A DNA stretch of 64,000 nucleotides, from the NCBI GenBank assembly GCA_040767965.1, contig JAXGNR010000010.1, positions 53,420 through 117,419 on the forward strand. Direction: 5' to 3'. Shown piece by piece: positions 19,799 to 30,508 of this stretch. Every line of letters starts with the position of its first letter. Within the stretch, counting starts at the first letter, position 1. Source of the DNA: Atribacterota bacterium. GTDB lineage: Bacteria; Atribacterota; Phoenicimicrobiia; Phoenicimicrobiales; Stramentimicrobiaceae. The notes beneath the pieces were generated by a model. The model saw only the letters and a program-made list of their open reading frames with translations. It searched no databases and was not told the DNA's origin. A program made the position numbers and the translations under genes.

Positions 19799-20995
19799 TT
19801 AAATATTATTATTGATATATCCACCGTGCAACTTTTCTAATAAAAATATTTCTGGTTGACTGCCAATGGCCAAATCAGGCATTTCTGAAATTATAAAATA
19901 AGCTGGTATATTATATTCCTTTAATAAACCGGTAATTTGGATATTTATTTTATCTAACTTATAAGCGCAAAAAATAACACCTATTCCCCCAATAAGTAAT
20001 TTATTTTGAAATAATATTTCTTCCAGAGGATGTTCTGGTTCCATTTGTATTCTTGCTAAAAACTCCATGGCTTCCGAGAGTTGATCAGATCCGGTAGCAA
20101 TTGGTAGCCTTGTTGAATATCCTCCTGCCATTTTGCTGTTGGTGATAATTCCAAAAGGGATTCCCTGCTCATTTAACTGGAGAAAGTAAGCAGCGGTAAC
20201 TTCCAGTGTTTTTTCAAAAGATTGTTCCTGATTTTCTGAGTTGAAACTGGTAACATCCAATATAAATAGTATCTTTTTTTGAGAAGAAGGTTCAAAAATC
20301 TTTGATTGCAATTGAGAGTGTCTGGCACTGGCTTTCCAATGAATATGTTTTGCCGGATCTCCTGGATAATAATTCTGAGTAGAAATTGGATATATCGGAT
20401 CTTTAACCGGACTTGTTATTCCGGGTTTTCCGAATAAATCTTTGGTTGGAGCAGATATGAAATTTAAAGCTATCTGCCTAGGATAGACAATCATCTCCAT
20501 AGATTCAGATAAGTATTTCCTTTTTTTAAAAAAACCCAGTAAATCACCAGATTCTAAAAAGGGAGGACCTATTTGAAAACATCCTCTTTTAGTGGCAGTT
20601 AAATCCCATTGCCAGGAAATCTGATCATACCAAAGCAGATAAAAATCTTCATTTATGGAATTGTTATCTTCCTTAATTATTTCTTTATCTATTGGTATCC
20701 GTAAAGTTATCCAAACCGGTAATAACTTATTATTAGATATCCTGGCCTGCAATTTGACTTTTTCTCCAGGGAATCCTTTTTTCTTTTCTGCATCAAAACT
20801 ATAATGAATTTTCCTAATACTGAAATAACTCCATGTTTTAGCTCCATAGAACATGAGTAGGATTAGAATGGAGATTAAAATCAAATTTTTTTGTTCATAA
20901 AGTAAAGAAACAAAAAGCAGGACTACAGCAAAAAATCGAAACAAGCCATCTACAAAAATAGATGAAAGTGGATTATCATAGTTTACTTTCTTCAT
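19799..20995 (-). CDS. DUF58 (vWA-associated) protein
   Basis: N-terminal TM, NNKLLPV, KRGCF, IVYP, YYPGDPAKHIHWKASAR. Confidence 0.88.
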   Translation of the reverse strand: MKKVNYDNPLSSIFVDGLFRFFAVVLLFVSLLYEQKNLILISILILLMFYGAKTWSYFSIRKIHYSFDAEKKKGFPGEKVKLQARISNNKLLPVWITLRIPIDKEIIKEDNNSINEDFYLLWYDQISWQWDLTATKRGCFQIGPPFLESGDLLGFFKKRKYLSESMEMIVYPRQIALNFISAPTKDLFGKPGITSPVKDPIYPISTQNYYPGDPAKHIHWKASARHSQLQSKIFEPSSQKKILFILDVTSFNSENQEQSFEKTLEVTAAYFLQLNEQGIPFGIITNSKMAGGYSTRLPIATGSDQLSEAMEFLARIQMEPEHPLEEILFQNKLLIGGIGVIFCAYKLDKINIQITGLLKEYNIPAYFIISEMPDLAIGSQPEIFLLEKLHGGYINNNI

Positions 20996-21935
20996 TTGTT
21001 ATTTCCGATGCTGGTATTTTGGTTTGCTCTAATATTTCAGTTAAAACCTGTTGAACAGAAATACCTTTTAATTTTTCTTTTGTATTTAAGATAATCCTAT
21101 GCCCAAGGATTGGTATGAAAAGTTCTTTGATATCATCAGGCAATACAAAATCTCTATTTCTGAGGGCAGCTAAGGCCTGGGCAACTTTCATAAAATGAAT
21201 GGATGAGCGTGGACTGGCACCATAGCGTATTTTAGGTGATTTTCTGGTAGAACCGGTTAAAGCTACAATATATTCATTTATTTCATTGGACACATATATA
21301 TTTTGTCTTTTCTTTTGCAGGGCAAGAATTTCTTCAGGGGTTGTCACTGTGCCTATTTGACCCAAAGGATTTTCTTTTTGGAAGCGCTGTAAAATTAGTA
21401 TCTCTTCTTCAACTGTTGGATAGCCAAGGTTAATACACATCAAAAATCTATCCAGCTGTGCTTCTGGTAAAGGAAAAGTTCCTTCAAGTTCTATGGGGTT
21501 TTGGGTTGCTATAACAAAAAAAGGGCGAGGCAACTTCATGGTTACGCCATCCACAGTGACCTGCCTTTCTTGCATGCTTTCCAATAGACTGGACTGGGTT
21601 CGGGGTATAGTCCTGTTTATCTCATCAGCTAGCAGAATATTAGCCATTATTGGCCCTGGCTGAAAAACAAATTGAGCTTTTTTTTGATCATAAATATTAA
21701 AGCCGGTAATATCGGCAGGCAGTAAATCAGGAGTGAATTGTATGCGGTTAAAAGTACCTCCAATACTTTTTGCTAAAGATCTGGCTAAAATAGTTTTTCC
21801 AACGCCAGGAACATCTTCCAGAAGGATATGCCCTTCTGCCAGTAGTCCTGCAAGAATCAACTCTATTGCTCTTTTTTTGCCAACAACCACTTTATTAATA
21901 TTTTCAGTAATTTTTTGGCATGTTGAAAAAGTCAT
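20976..21935 (-). CDS. MoxR-family AAA+ ATPase
   Basis: DVPGVGKT, RIQFTPDLLPADITG, LADEINR, ATQNPIELEGTFPLPEAQLDRF. Confidence 0.95.
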   Translation of the reverse strand: MTFSTCQKITENINKVVVGKKRAIELILAGLLAEGHILLEDVPGVGKTILARSLAKSIGGTFNRIQFTPDLLPADITGFNIYDQKKAQFVFQPGPIMANILLADEINRTIPRTQSSLLESMQERQVTVDGVTMKLPRPFFVIATQNPIELEGTFPLPEAQLDRFLMCINLGYPTVEEEILILQRFQKENPLGQIGTVTTPEEILALQKKRQNIYVSNEINEYIVALTGSTRKSPKIRYGASPRSSIHFMKVAQALAALRNRDFVLPDDIKELFIPILGHRIILNTKEKLKGISVQQVLTEILEQTKIPASEITNEESKL

Positions 21936-22101
21936 TTTGATTAATTCCTTATTCCTTTTATTGATTTATTGATATTGTTTATTTTGTATTATAATTCATA
22001 AAAACTTGCTAACAGATTATAACAATTTACTAAAATTAAAACAAGCCAAAGAGAAGAACAACTTAATTGTCCTGGTAAATATTTAGATAATTCAAAAATA
22101 A

Positions 22102-22749
22102 TTATTTAATATTATCAATGATAGCAATTGCTCTTACTGGAGAACCGTCAGAATTCTTGAATTTTAAAGGAAAAACTGCAAGGGTGAAATATTCCACATT
22201 TATGGCATCCAGGTTGGTTAAATTCTCGATAATAAGCATATTTTTTGCAAAAAATAATTTATGGATATTAAAAGTTGTGGAATCAGACTTATCAATTGAT
22301 ATAGCATCAATACCAATTCCATTCAAATTAAATTTTGATAACCAGCAGGCTGCTTCTTTGTTTAAAGAAGGATAGTTGTTAAAATATTTGCCATCCATCC
22401 AAAAATTGCTCCAGCCCGTTTTCAGTATAACAAAATTCACTTTAGTTAATTTTTCTTGAAAATTTATAATATCAGACAATGTAATGAGATGTTTACAAAA
22501 ATTAGAAAAATCTAAAATAATTGCTCTTCCAATAAAAGAATTAATAGGCATATTTTCTAAATAAAATCCATCTGAAAGCATATGGGCTGGGGCATCAATA
22601 TGTGTTCCTGTATGGGAATAAAAAGAGAGGATGGTTTCTCGAAATCCGTCTTTTTCTAAATCATTGCCTTTTTTCAGGCTGGGAGGCTTGGTTCCGGGAT
22701 AGATAGGTGTGTCTGAACTGAAAAGATGTGTTAAGTCTATTATTTTCAT
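22102..22749 (-). CDS. Cyclase-family (kynurenine formamidase-like) metallohydrolase
   Basis: HTGTHIDAPAH, GIDAISID, IIENL, DGSPVRA. Confidence 0.92.
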   Translation of the reverse strand: MKIIDLTHLFSSDTPIYPGTKPPSLKKGNDLEKDGFRETILSFYSHTGTHIDAPAHMLSDGFYLENMPINSFIGRAIILDFSNFCKHLITLSDIINFQEKLTKVNFVILKTGWSNFWMDGKYFNNYPSLNKEAACWLSKFNLNGIGIDAISIDKSDSTTFNIHKLFFAKNMLIIENLTNLDAINVEYFTLAVFPLKFKNSDGSPVRAIAIIDNIK

Positions 22750-22912
22750 TTATTCTCCTTTTTATGTTTTTTATTTAAATAAACTTAGAAATTAGACTCA
22801 AATAATATTATAATAAAAAATATGTCAAATAGAAAAAATTAATTATTTTATATTTTACTATACAATTCAGCAAGAAAAATAAATTAATTTTTTGGATATT
22901 CAGGAGGAGAAA

Positions 22913-23746
22913 ATGAATATAAAAGCTACCGTTCTTTGTGAGAATTATGTATACGGAAAAGCAGGAGCAATTGCAGAACATGGCTGGTCTGTTTATTTAG
23001 AAACTAAAGAGGGTAATTTTCTTTTTGATACCGGGCAAGGAAAAGGAATAATAAATAATTCTCTTTATTTTAAGAAAGATTTAGCAGAGGTTAAAGGTAT
23101 TATTATCAGCCATCATCACTATGACCACACTGGTGGATTATTATCAGTACTGGAGCAAACTGGAAACGTAAAAGTTTATGCCCACCAGGATCTTTTTAAG
23201 AATAGTTTTGGTATTAGGGATAACTTAGAAAAAAATATAGGGATTCCTTTCCGAAGAGAGATATTAGAAAGCAAAGGTGCCAAATTCATTTTGAATAAAG
23301 ATCTTCTTGAAATTGCACCTGATATGTTCTTAAGTGGCGAAATACCCCGCAAGACATTTTTTGAAAGAGGTGATGATAAGTTAGTAGTGAAAGATGGTCT
23401 AGGACACTACATCCAAGACAATCTTTTAGATGACCAGACTTTAATTACCAAAACAAATCAAGGATTGTTTATTCTTCTGGGCTGTTCTCATGCGGGTATT
23501 ATTAATATTATTGATTATGCTATTGAAAAAACAGGAATAGATCATATCAGTGCTATTATTGGAGGAACCCACCTTGGTCCTGCAAGCGATGAAACCAGAA
23601 CAGAAAGTATAAAAGCTCTAAAAAAATATGATATTGGTAAAATAGGAGTATCTCATTGTACTGGATTGGAGATGTCTTTTCATTTAAAGCAGGAGTTTGG
23701 AGAAAGGTTCTTTTTCTGTAACGTGGGTACAGTAGTTGAATTGTGA
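22913..23746 (+). CDS. Metallo-beta-lactamase-fold hydrolase (MJ0448-like)
   Basis: AEHGWS, LFDTG, SHHHYDHTGG, GCSHAG, GGTHL, HCTG; ATG at 22913 after AGGAGG. Confidence 0.88.
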   Translation: MNIKATVLCENYVYGKAGAIAEHGWSVYLETKEGNFLFDTGQGKGIINNSLYFKKDLAEVKGIIISHHHYDHTGGLLSVLEQTGNVKVYAHQDLFKNSFGIRDNLEKNIGIPFRREILESKGAKFILNKDLLEIAPDMFLSGEIPRKTFFERGDDKLVVKDGLGHYIQDNLLDDQTLITKTNQGLFILLGCSHAGIINIIDYAIEKTGIDHISAIIGGTHLGPASDETRTESIKALKKYDIGKIGVSHCTGLEMSFHLKQEFGERFFFCNVGTVVEL

Positions 23747-23861
23747 TGAAAGATCCAATATATTTTTATAGAAAGATTGATTTATTCATTATAGAATATT
23801 AGAATAAAAAAGTCATAATTTAATATTTAAATTTAATTTTTATAAAAAAGGAGAAAGAGAA

Positions 23862-25175
23862 ATGCAGGATTTTTTAGAAAAAAAGTTTCAATTGTCCGAG
23901 AATGGAACTGATGTAAAAACTGAAATCATAGCAGGTTTTACAACTTTTATGACCATGGCTTATATTATCTTTGTTAATCCCAGTATTTTAAGTGATGCTG
24001 GTATGCCATGGAACGGTGTTTTTATCGCAACAATTATGGGTATTATTTTGGGGACGGTTTGTATGGCTTTATTAACAAACTATCCTTTTGCTTTAGCATC
24101 TGGAATGGGATTGAATGCCTTTTTTGCCTATTCAGTTGTAATAGGAATGGGGGTTAGCTGGCAAATAGCCCTTGGTATCGTCTTTCTGGAAGGAGTTTTG
24201 TTTATCATTTTAAGCGTAACACCAATAAGAGAGATGGTTATTAATTGTATTCCCATGAGCTTGAAGTCATCAATCAGTGCCGGGATTGGTCTTTTTATAG
24301 CCTTTATCGGTTTGCAAAATGCAGGATTGGTGGTAAAAAATGATGCTACATTGGTTGCCTTGGGAAATGTTATGAGTGGACCTGGTTTGGTGGCTATTGC
24401 AGGACTAATTATCATGGCTGTTCTGCATACTCTCAAGGTCAAAGGCTCAATCTTGTGGGGTATTCTTGGTGCCACTTTGATTGGTTATATTCCTGGGTTA
24501 AATGTTACACCGCCATTCCAGGGGATATTTGCTATGCCCCAGTTCAGTGACTGGAATCAAGTATTGCTAAAGATGGATATTGGCGGTGCTTTGGACTTGT
24601 CTTTACTTGTAGTTATCTTTTCTTTCTTATTTGTAGATTTATTTGACACTGCTGGAACTCTCATAGGAGTTAGTACTCAAGCTGGTTATCTTGATAAAGA
24701 TGGTAATTTACCAAAAGCCAGCAAAGCTCTTTTAGCAGATGCTATTGGCACAACTGGAGGAGCAATCTTTGGAACCAGCACTGTAACCACTTATATTGAA
24801 TCTGCCTCTGGAGTTTCTGAAGGTGGGAGAACAGGCTTAACTGGTATTGTGGTAGCAGTCTTATTCTTTTTGTCTTTGTTTCTGAGACCTTTAGTTGGCA
24901 TAGTTCCCGGTGCTGCTACTGCACCTGCTTTGATTGTAGTAGGTACTATGATGATAGGTAATATATTAAGCATCAAATGGGATGATTTCTCAGAAGCATT
25001 ACCTGCTTTTGTTTGTTTAATCGCCATACCTATGACCTATTCTATAGCCAATGGAATTGCCCTTGGATTTATCACCTATCCTTTAATAAAATTATTAAGC
25101 GGGAAAGGGAAAACTGTGCATGGTTTGGTTTATATATTAGGGATTCTATTTGCTATTAAATTTATCTGGTTATAA
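23862..25175 (+). CDS. NCS2/AzgA-family purine permease (PbuG-like)
   Basis: AGFTTFMTMAYIIFVNP, SGMGLNAFF, DLFDTAGT, TYIESASG, GGRTGL. Confidence 0.93.
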   Translation: MQDFLEKKFQLSENGTDVKTEIIAGFTTFMTMAYIIFVNPSILSDAGMPWNGVFIATIMGIILGTVCMALLTNYPFALASGMGLNAFFAYSVVIGMGVSWQIALGIVFLEGVLFIILSVTPIREMVINCIPMSLKSSISAGIGLFIAFIGLQNAGLVVKNDATLVALGNVMSGPGLVAIAGLIIMAVLHTLKVKGSILWGILGATLIGYIPGLNVTPPFQGIFAMPQFSDWNQVLLKMDIGGALDLSLLVVIFSFLFVDLFDTAGTLIGVSTQAGYLDKDGNLPKASKALLADAIGTTGGAIFGTSTVTTYIESASGVSEGGRTGLTGIVVAVLFFLSLFLRPLVGIVPGAATAPALIVVGTMMIGNILSIKWDDFSEALPAFVCLIAIPMTYSIANGIALGFITYPLIKLLSGKGKTVHGLVYILGILFAIKFIWL

Positions 25176-25213
25176 AATCAAAGTTTTTAATATTAAAACC
25201 TGAAAACACTTCT

Positions 25214-25256
25214 AAATAAAAAAGAGTGTAGCTAAAAACTACTCTCTTTTTTATTT
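25214..25256. terminator. Intrinsic terminator after the NCS2 permease
   Basis: AAATAAAAAAGAGTGTAG...CTACTCTCTTTTTTATTT inverted repeat with T-tract. Confidence 0.75.
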
Positions 25257-25390
25257 AGATTTTTCTTCAAAAATCACAATTAGCACACATAAGCAATCTT
25301 TGATTATGCTATAATTATATAATTGTTATCTAACTTATTTTAAAATCTTTATTTTTGAAATAATTATTTGATAGAGAAAAGGAGACATCA

Positions 25391-26164
25391 ATGAGCATAT
25401 TTCAAATTGGATTAATACTAATAACGGGCATTGCAGCTGGGTTTCTTAATACTATTGGTGGAGGTGGATCTTTATTAACCATGCCTATGCTGATTTTTTT
25501 AGGCTTACCAGCGGCTACTGCCAATGGGACTAACCGAATTGCAATTATTATCCAGAATATTGTAGGTGTGACAAATTTTCGCAGTAAAGGTTTCTTCTTT
25601 CCTAAGCTGGGAATTATTTTAGGGATTCCTGCAATAGTTGGATCAATTATCGGAGCAAGAGTTGCTGTTTCTATGTCAGGGGAATTATTTGAAAAAATAT
25701 TGGCAATTGTTATGATAATGGTTTTAATACTCATTTTGACACGCCCGGAAAAGAAGTTTATCAAAGAAATTGATAGTGAAAATATGAGTACTCCCCGTTT
25801 GATTGTTGCTATAATTGCTTTCTTTGGTGTTGGTTTGTATGGAGGTTTTATTCAGGCAGGAGTAGGTTTTATAATCATTGTTGCTTTAACTTTAATAACC
25901 GGTCTTTCTCTGGTAAAAGTAAATTGTCTCAAAGTTTTCATAATATTAATATATACCATTGCTTCCTTTTTAGTTTTTATCATAAACGGAAAAGTGAATT
26001 TTGTATTAGGCTTTACCTTAGCAATCGGAAATGCCTTTGGCGCATACCTTGGCAGCAATTTTGCAGTGAATAAAGGTGATAAATGGATTAGAATATTTCT
26101 TATTATTACGATACTGGCTATGTCGGCAAAACTGTTTGGTCTTTTTAAATTAATTGGACTATAA
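25391..26164 (+). CDS. TauE/SafE-family (sulfite exporter-like) membrane protein
   Basis: AGFLNTIGGGGSL, ANGTN, GLYGGFIQAGVG; about 8 TM. Confidence 0.88.
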   Translation: MSIFQIGLILITGIAAGFLNTIGGGGSLLTMPMLIFLGLPAATANGTNRIAIIIQNIVGVTNFRSKGFFFPKLGIILGIPAIVGSIIGARVAVSMSGELFEKILAIVMIMVLILILTRPEKKFIKEIDSENMSTPRLIVAIIAFFGVGLYGGFIQAGVGFIIIVALTLITGLSLVKVNCLKVFIILIYTIASFLVFIINGKVNFVLGFTLAIGNAFGAYLGSNFAVNKGDKWIRIFLIITILAMSAKLFGLFKLIGL

Positions 26165-26254
26165 GATTTGCTCTAAATGTAAATTACTTCTATTACAGGT
26201 ATATTAAATAAAAAATGCTATAAGTGTAAATTAAAAACAGAAAGGTAGGTAAGA

Positions 26255-27871
26255 ATGATTTTTGACACCCAATATTATCCTTATCCCTCTCAAAGAAAAG
26301 TGGTTTTTGCAAAAAATGGAATGGTAGCCACTTCGCAATCTCTAGCTGCGGAAGCCGGCTTGGAAATACTAAGACAGGGAGGAAATGCAATTGATGCAGC
26401 TATTGCTACTGCAGCGTGTCTAACTGTAGTTGAGCCTACTTCCAACGGAATCGGAGGAGATGCCTTTGCTTTAGTTTGGACCAAAAATAAGCTTTATGGA
26501 TTAAATGCCAGTGGTCCTGCTCCCAAATCTATTTCTATTGATTCTGTCAGAAAAAAAGGTTATCAGGCAATGCCTGATTTTGGCTGGATACCGGTGACAG
26601 TTCCAGGTGTTCCTGCAGCCTGGGCAGAGTTATCCCGGAAGTATGGTCGGATTTCTTTACAAAAAACTTTATTACCAGCTATTAATTATGCTGAAACCGG
26701 GTTTCCAGTTTCACCAGTAGTAAGTTATCTATGGAAAAAAGCTTATAATAAATTTTCAAGTTATCGTAATGAAGAAATAAGCAAGTACTGGTTTGAATCT
26801 TTTACTTTAGATGGGAAAGTTCCCAGCCCTGGTGATTTGTGGAATTTCCCTGCGCAGGCTAAAACATTACAGATGATTGCCGAAACCAATGCTGAAGATT
26901 TTTATCAAGGAGAGATTGCTGAAAAAATTGATTCTTTTTCCAAAAAATATGATGGATATTTACGTTTAGAAGATCTGAACTCTTTCTCATCTGAATGGGT
27001 AGAACCTATTAATATTAAATACCATGATTATCATGTTTGGGAAATTCCTCCAAACGGACAGGGATTAGTTGCTTTGCTGGCTTTGAATATTTTAAAACAA
27101 ATGAGCATTAATGGAAAAGAAGACCCGATTACCTATCACCAGCAAATCGAAGCAATGAAATTAGCTTTTGCAGACGGGAAAAAATATATTACTGATTACA
27201 GGCAGTCATCAAAAGTAATTAAAGATTTGCTTTCAGAATGTTATGCTGCTGAAAGAATGAAGATGATTGGTGAAATTGCCCAGGATCCCTATCCTGGTAA
27301 ACCTTACGGCAGTGATACAGTATATCTGGCTACTGCTGATAATGAAGGAAATATGGTTTCCTATATCCAGAGTAATTATATGGGATTTGGATCTGGTCTG
27401 GTAGTGCCAGATACAGGCATATCTCTGCAAAACAGAGGTGCCAATTTTTCGCTTGACATTAATCATTACAATAGCCTGCAGCCAGGGAAAAAAACCTATC
27501 ATACAATTATCCCGGGATTTTTAACAAAAGAAAATCTTCCGATAGGACCTTTTGGTGTAATGGGTGGATTTATGCAACCACAGGGACATGTTCAGATAAT
27601 TATGAATATGATTGATTTTAAATTAAATCCGCAAGCTGCTTTAGATGCACCCAGATGGCAATGGTCAGAGGGGAAAAAAATAAAAATTGAACAGGTTTTT
27701 CCCAGATACGTTGCTGAGTATTTAGAAAGAAAAGGACATTCCATAGAAATACCTATGGATTACAGAGGCCTTGGAGGTTTTGGAAGAGGTCAGATTATCT
27801 GGAAAGATAAAAACAATGTATTGCTGGGAGCTACAGACCCGAGAGCAGATGGGGCTGTTGCAGCCTGGTAA
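26255..27871 (+). CDS. Gamma-glutamyltransferase family (YwrD/oxamate amidohydrolase-like)
   Basis: GGNAIDAAIA, VEPTSNGIGGD, nucleophile DTVY, LQNRG, GVMGGFMQPQGH, DPRADG. Confidence 0.92.
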   Translation: MIFDTQYYPYPSQRKVVFAKNGMVATSQSLAAEAGLEILRQGGNAIDAAIATAACLTVVEPTSNGIGGDAFALVWTKNKLYGLNASGPAPKSISIDSVRKKGYQAMPDFGWIPVTVPGVPAAWAELSRKYGRISLQKTLLPAINYAETGFPVSPVVSYLWKKAYNKFSSYRNEEISKYWFESFTLDGKVPSPGDLWNFPAQAKTLQMIAETNAEDFYQGEIAEKIDSFSKKYDGYLRLEDLNSFSSEWVEPINIKYHDYHVWEIPPNGQGLVALLALNILKQMSINGKEDPITYHQQIEAMKLAFADGKKYITDYRQSSKVIKDLLSECYAAERMKMIGEIAQDPYPGKPYGSDTVYLATADNEGNMVSYIQSNYMGFGSGLVVPDTGISLQNRGANFSLDINHYNSLQPGKKTYHTIIPGFLTKENLPIGPFGVMGGFMQPQGHVQIIMNMIDFKLNPQAALDAPRWQWSEGKKIKIEQVFPRYVAEYLERKGHSIEIPMDYRGLGGFGRGQIIWKDKNNVLLGATDPRADGAVAAW

Positions 27872-27915
27872 AAACTACATCAATAAAAACATACAATAAA
27901 TGATATGGAGGGATT

Positions 27916-28722
27916 ATGCTATTAAATCTTGATGAATTAACCAAAAGGGCAATAGAAGTTAGAAACACTCTCTTTGATTTAAAAGGGAAAAATGCATTGA
28001 TAGTAGGAGGAAATAAAGGGATCGGACAGGCGATGGCTTTAGGGCTTGCCGGTGCTGGTGCAAATGTTTGCGTTGTAGGAAGAGGACCTGCAGGATTAGA
28101 TGAAACAGCAGAAGCTGTAAGAGAAATTGGATCAATTGGTGCATATTTTGCCGCAGACGTTACTGTTGAAGACCAGGTAAAAGAAATGGTTGCTTATAAT
28201 GTTGAAAAATTTGGCAAGATAGATATTTTAATAAATAGTCAGGGTTTAAATTATTTACAGGAAGCAACAAACTTTGATACAGATCAGTGGCAAAAAGTTA
28301 TTGATGTAAACGTAAAATCAATATTTTTATGCTGCAAGCATGTTGGAAGAATTATGTTACAGCATAAAAAAGGTAAAATTATAAATATTTCTTCTGTCCG
28401 CGGTTTTCAGGGAAGGAAAGAAGATCTGGCTTACTCTACAAGTAAAGGAGCTATTAATCAGCTTACTAAATCTCTGGCAATCGAATGGGGTCCTCAGGGT
28501 ATAAACGTTAATGCTATTGCCCCGGTATTTACTTTAACAAATATGACAAAATCGTATTTAACTGATAAGGAAAAGCTGAATTGGGTATTAAGCAGAATAC
28601 CCATGGGAAGATTAGGTCAGTTGGATGATTTTTTTGGTCCTCCGATATTTTTAGCTTCAGAAGCCTCAAATTTTGTTAATGGTCATATTCTTCTGGTTGA
28701 CGGAGGATGGATAGCCGCTTAA
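27916..28722 (+). CDS. SDR oxidoreductase (KduD/gluconate 5-dehydrogenase-like)
   Basis: GGNKGIG, YSTSK catalytic YxxxK, NVNAIAP, RIPMGRLG, VDGG. Confidence 0.88.
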   Translation: MLLNLDELTKRAIEVRNTLFDLKGKNALIVGGNKGIGQAMALGLAGAGANVCVVGRGPAGLDETAEAVREIGSIGAYFAADVTVEDQVKEMVAYNVEKFGKIDILINSQGLNYLQEATNFDTDQWQKVIDVNVKSIFLCCKHVGRIMLQHKKGKIINISSVRGFQGRKEDLAYSTSKGAINQLTKSLAIEWGPQGINVNAIAPVFTLTNMTKSYLTDKEKLNWVLSRIPMGRLGQLDDFFGPPIFLASEASNFVNGHILLVDGGWIAA

Positions 28723-28760
28723 AATAAAAACCGGTTCTTTTAAAGAGAACCGGTTTTTAT
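28722..28760. terminator. Bidirectional terminator between SDR and Hsp20
   Basis: AATAAAAACCGGTTCT...AGAACCGGTTTTTATT perfect inverted repeat between convergent genes. Confidence 0.85.
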
Positions 28761-28779
28761 TACTATTTAGTATTTTTAC

Positions 28780-29214
28780 TTACTCAGCTTCAATGGTAAT
28801 TTCTTTGGGTTTGACTTCTGGTTTTTTAGGCATAATTATTTCTAGAATACCGTTTTTAAACTTTGCACTAATTTTATCCTTATCTATTTCTGTCGGCAAT
28901 GAAATAGTTCGAGAGTAACTGCCAAAAGCTCTTTCTCTATAATAATAATCTTCTTTTTTGGTTTCCTCATCTTTTTTCATTTCTCCCTGGATAGTCAAGT
29001 TGTTGTTATCAATAGAAAGTTTGACATCTTTTTTATCCACACCAGGTAATTCAACATTGGCTACTAATTTGTCTTTTTTGTCGACTAAATCTACTGCCGG
29101 TGACCAAATTCCGCCATCAAACCAGTTTCTTCTAGGACTTTCCATCATATCAAAAAATTCATCAAACAAACTTCTTGATACACTTCTTCTAGGTTCCCAT
29201 TTTATCAGATTCAT
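28780..29214 (-). CDS. Hsp20/alpha-crystallin small heat-shock protein
   Basis: WSPAVD, ELPGV, ERAFGSYSRTISLP, AKFKNGILEI; GGAGG RBS before MNLIK. Confidence 0.93.
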   Translation of the reverse strand: MNLIKWEPRRSVSRSLFDEFFDMMESPRRNWFDGGIWSPAVDLVDKKDKLVANVELPGVDKKDVKLSIDNNNLTIQGEMKKDEETKKEDYYYRERAFGSYSRTISLPTEIDKDKISAKFKNGILEIIMPKKPEVKPKEITIEAE

Positions 29215-29321
29215 AGTGACACCTCCTATAATTATTCTAATAGCACATAATGCCATTAGCATATATTTCTATTAACAATTATAATCTAAAAATAAAATTT
29301 GTCAAGGGTTAATCTGAAATA

Positions 29322-29520
29322 TGTGAATTAAAAATTAAAACTGCACACTTTTTTAACCGATTTAAAAATTAAAACTGCACACCTGAAACTATAATCTAAA
29401 ACAAAAAAATATAAGAGTTTTAATGATTCTGCGGAATTATCTATTTACTACTCCCCAAAAAAGCCAATCAGGAAAATCTCAGAAGACTTGGAGAGAAGTA
29501 TTAAAAGAAGACTAATAGGA
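29322..29520 (+). mobile_element. Deleted remnant of an IS1202-like element (left end plus transposase fragment)
   Basis: TGTGAATTAAAAATTAAAACTGCACA and CACCTGAAACTATAATCTAAAA match the end at 33600-33644; RKISEDLE-coding fragment matches 33345-33430. Confidence 0.75.
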
Positions 29521-29624
29521 GATCTCCATACTGGTCTAATTCCTCTTGTAAAATAGATTTGATTAAATTAATATTTAGTTAGGACATCTTGAACTATACT
29601 CATTAATTTTTTAAAGACGCTTTA

Positions 29625-29870
29625 ATACACATAGATGTAGCTGCAAATCATTTTTTAAATAGTAAAAATGGAAAATACAACCTATCATCAGAAAACAAAC
29701 AATTAACTCCTTCTGAAATGATAGAATGTTTGGAAAAATTTGTTAGGCAATATCCTATTTATGCGATTAAAGATGGACCAAGAGAAGAAGGTTGGAATAA
29801 TTGGCTGCCCTTACCAAATAAATTGGATCAGAGGTTGAATTAACTGGTGATGATTTTTCGTTACCAATGA
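29625..29870 (+). pseudogene. Degraded enolase-like fragment
   Basis: IDVAANHF, YPIYAIKDG and ELTGDD remnants homologous to 43190-43430. Confidence 0.7.
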
Positions 29871-30435
29871 AAATATTGAAGAAAGAAAAGACTTATATTA
29901 AATTCTAGAAGAATAGATGGTAGAAGTTATCCTAACAATAATATTAAAAAACTAATAAGGATTGTAAAAAATAATCTAATTAGAGGTAATCCTGAAAGTA
30001 TCCTTATAGACAAAAAAGAAAATGAAATTGAACTGAAAAAATTAGAGTTCTTTAGGAGGGCATACATTTTCTAATGAAGATCGTGTAAAAGGATGTAAAA
30101 AAAATAATTGAGATTGTAAAAGATTGTTGGAAGGAAGATTTAGTTTTCATAGTGGCAACCAATAGGATATCTTCTTTGCCCTATTAACACCGGTTGTAAT
30201 GATGGGCCAGGAGATCAATTTAAGAAAGGTAAAAATTTCTACCCTGGCAGGTGGGATGGTAAATGGGTATACTGCAAGAGAAGCAAGGAAAAAAAGGATT
30301 GATTTGTTTAAGGAAATTACAAAACACAATACAAAACCTGCTTTGTTGGAGAAAAATAGTGGGATAATTGCAAAACATAATATTAGCGTAATTGACCTAA
30401 CTGCTATTTTGATTAAAAATAATAAAAAGGTATAA
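29868..30435 (+). pseudogene. Degraded, internally deleted MOFRL glycerate-kinase-like gene
   Basis: IDKKENEIELKK, KGCKKI and TLAGGMVNGYTAREARKKRIDLFKEI...HNISVIDLT match segments of 43753-45201. Confidence 0.75.
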
Positions 30436-30508
30436 AAAACCAAAAAGTGTTTTGTAATGACAAATAACATAAATATAAAGAAATATTACAAATGAAAGGA
30501 TTAAAAAG

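Noticed and set aside
23750-23860. Purine riboswitch upstream of the NCS2 permease
   Set aside because: No purine aptamer core or stems; short AT-rich spacer
29225-29280. CIRCE element or RNA thermometer upstream of hsp20
   Set aside because: Only a partial TAGCAC half-site with wrong spacing; the weak hairpin does not cover the SD
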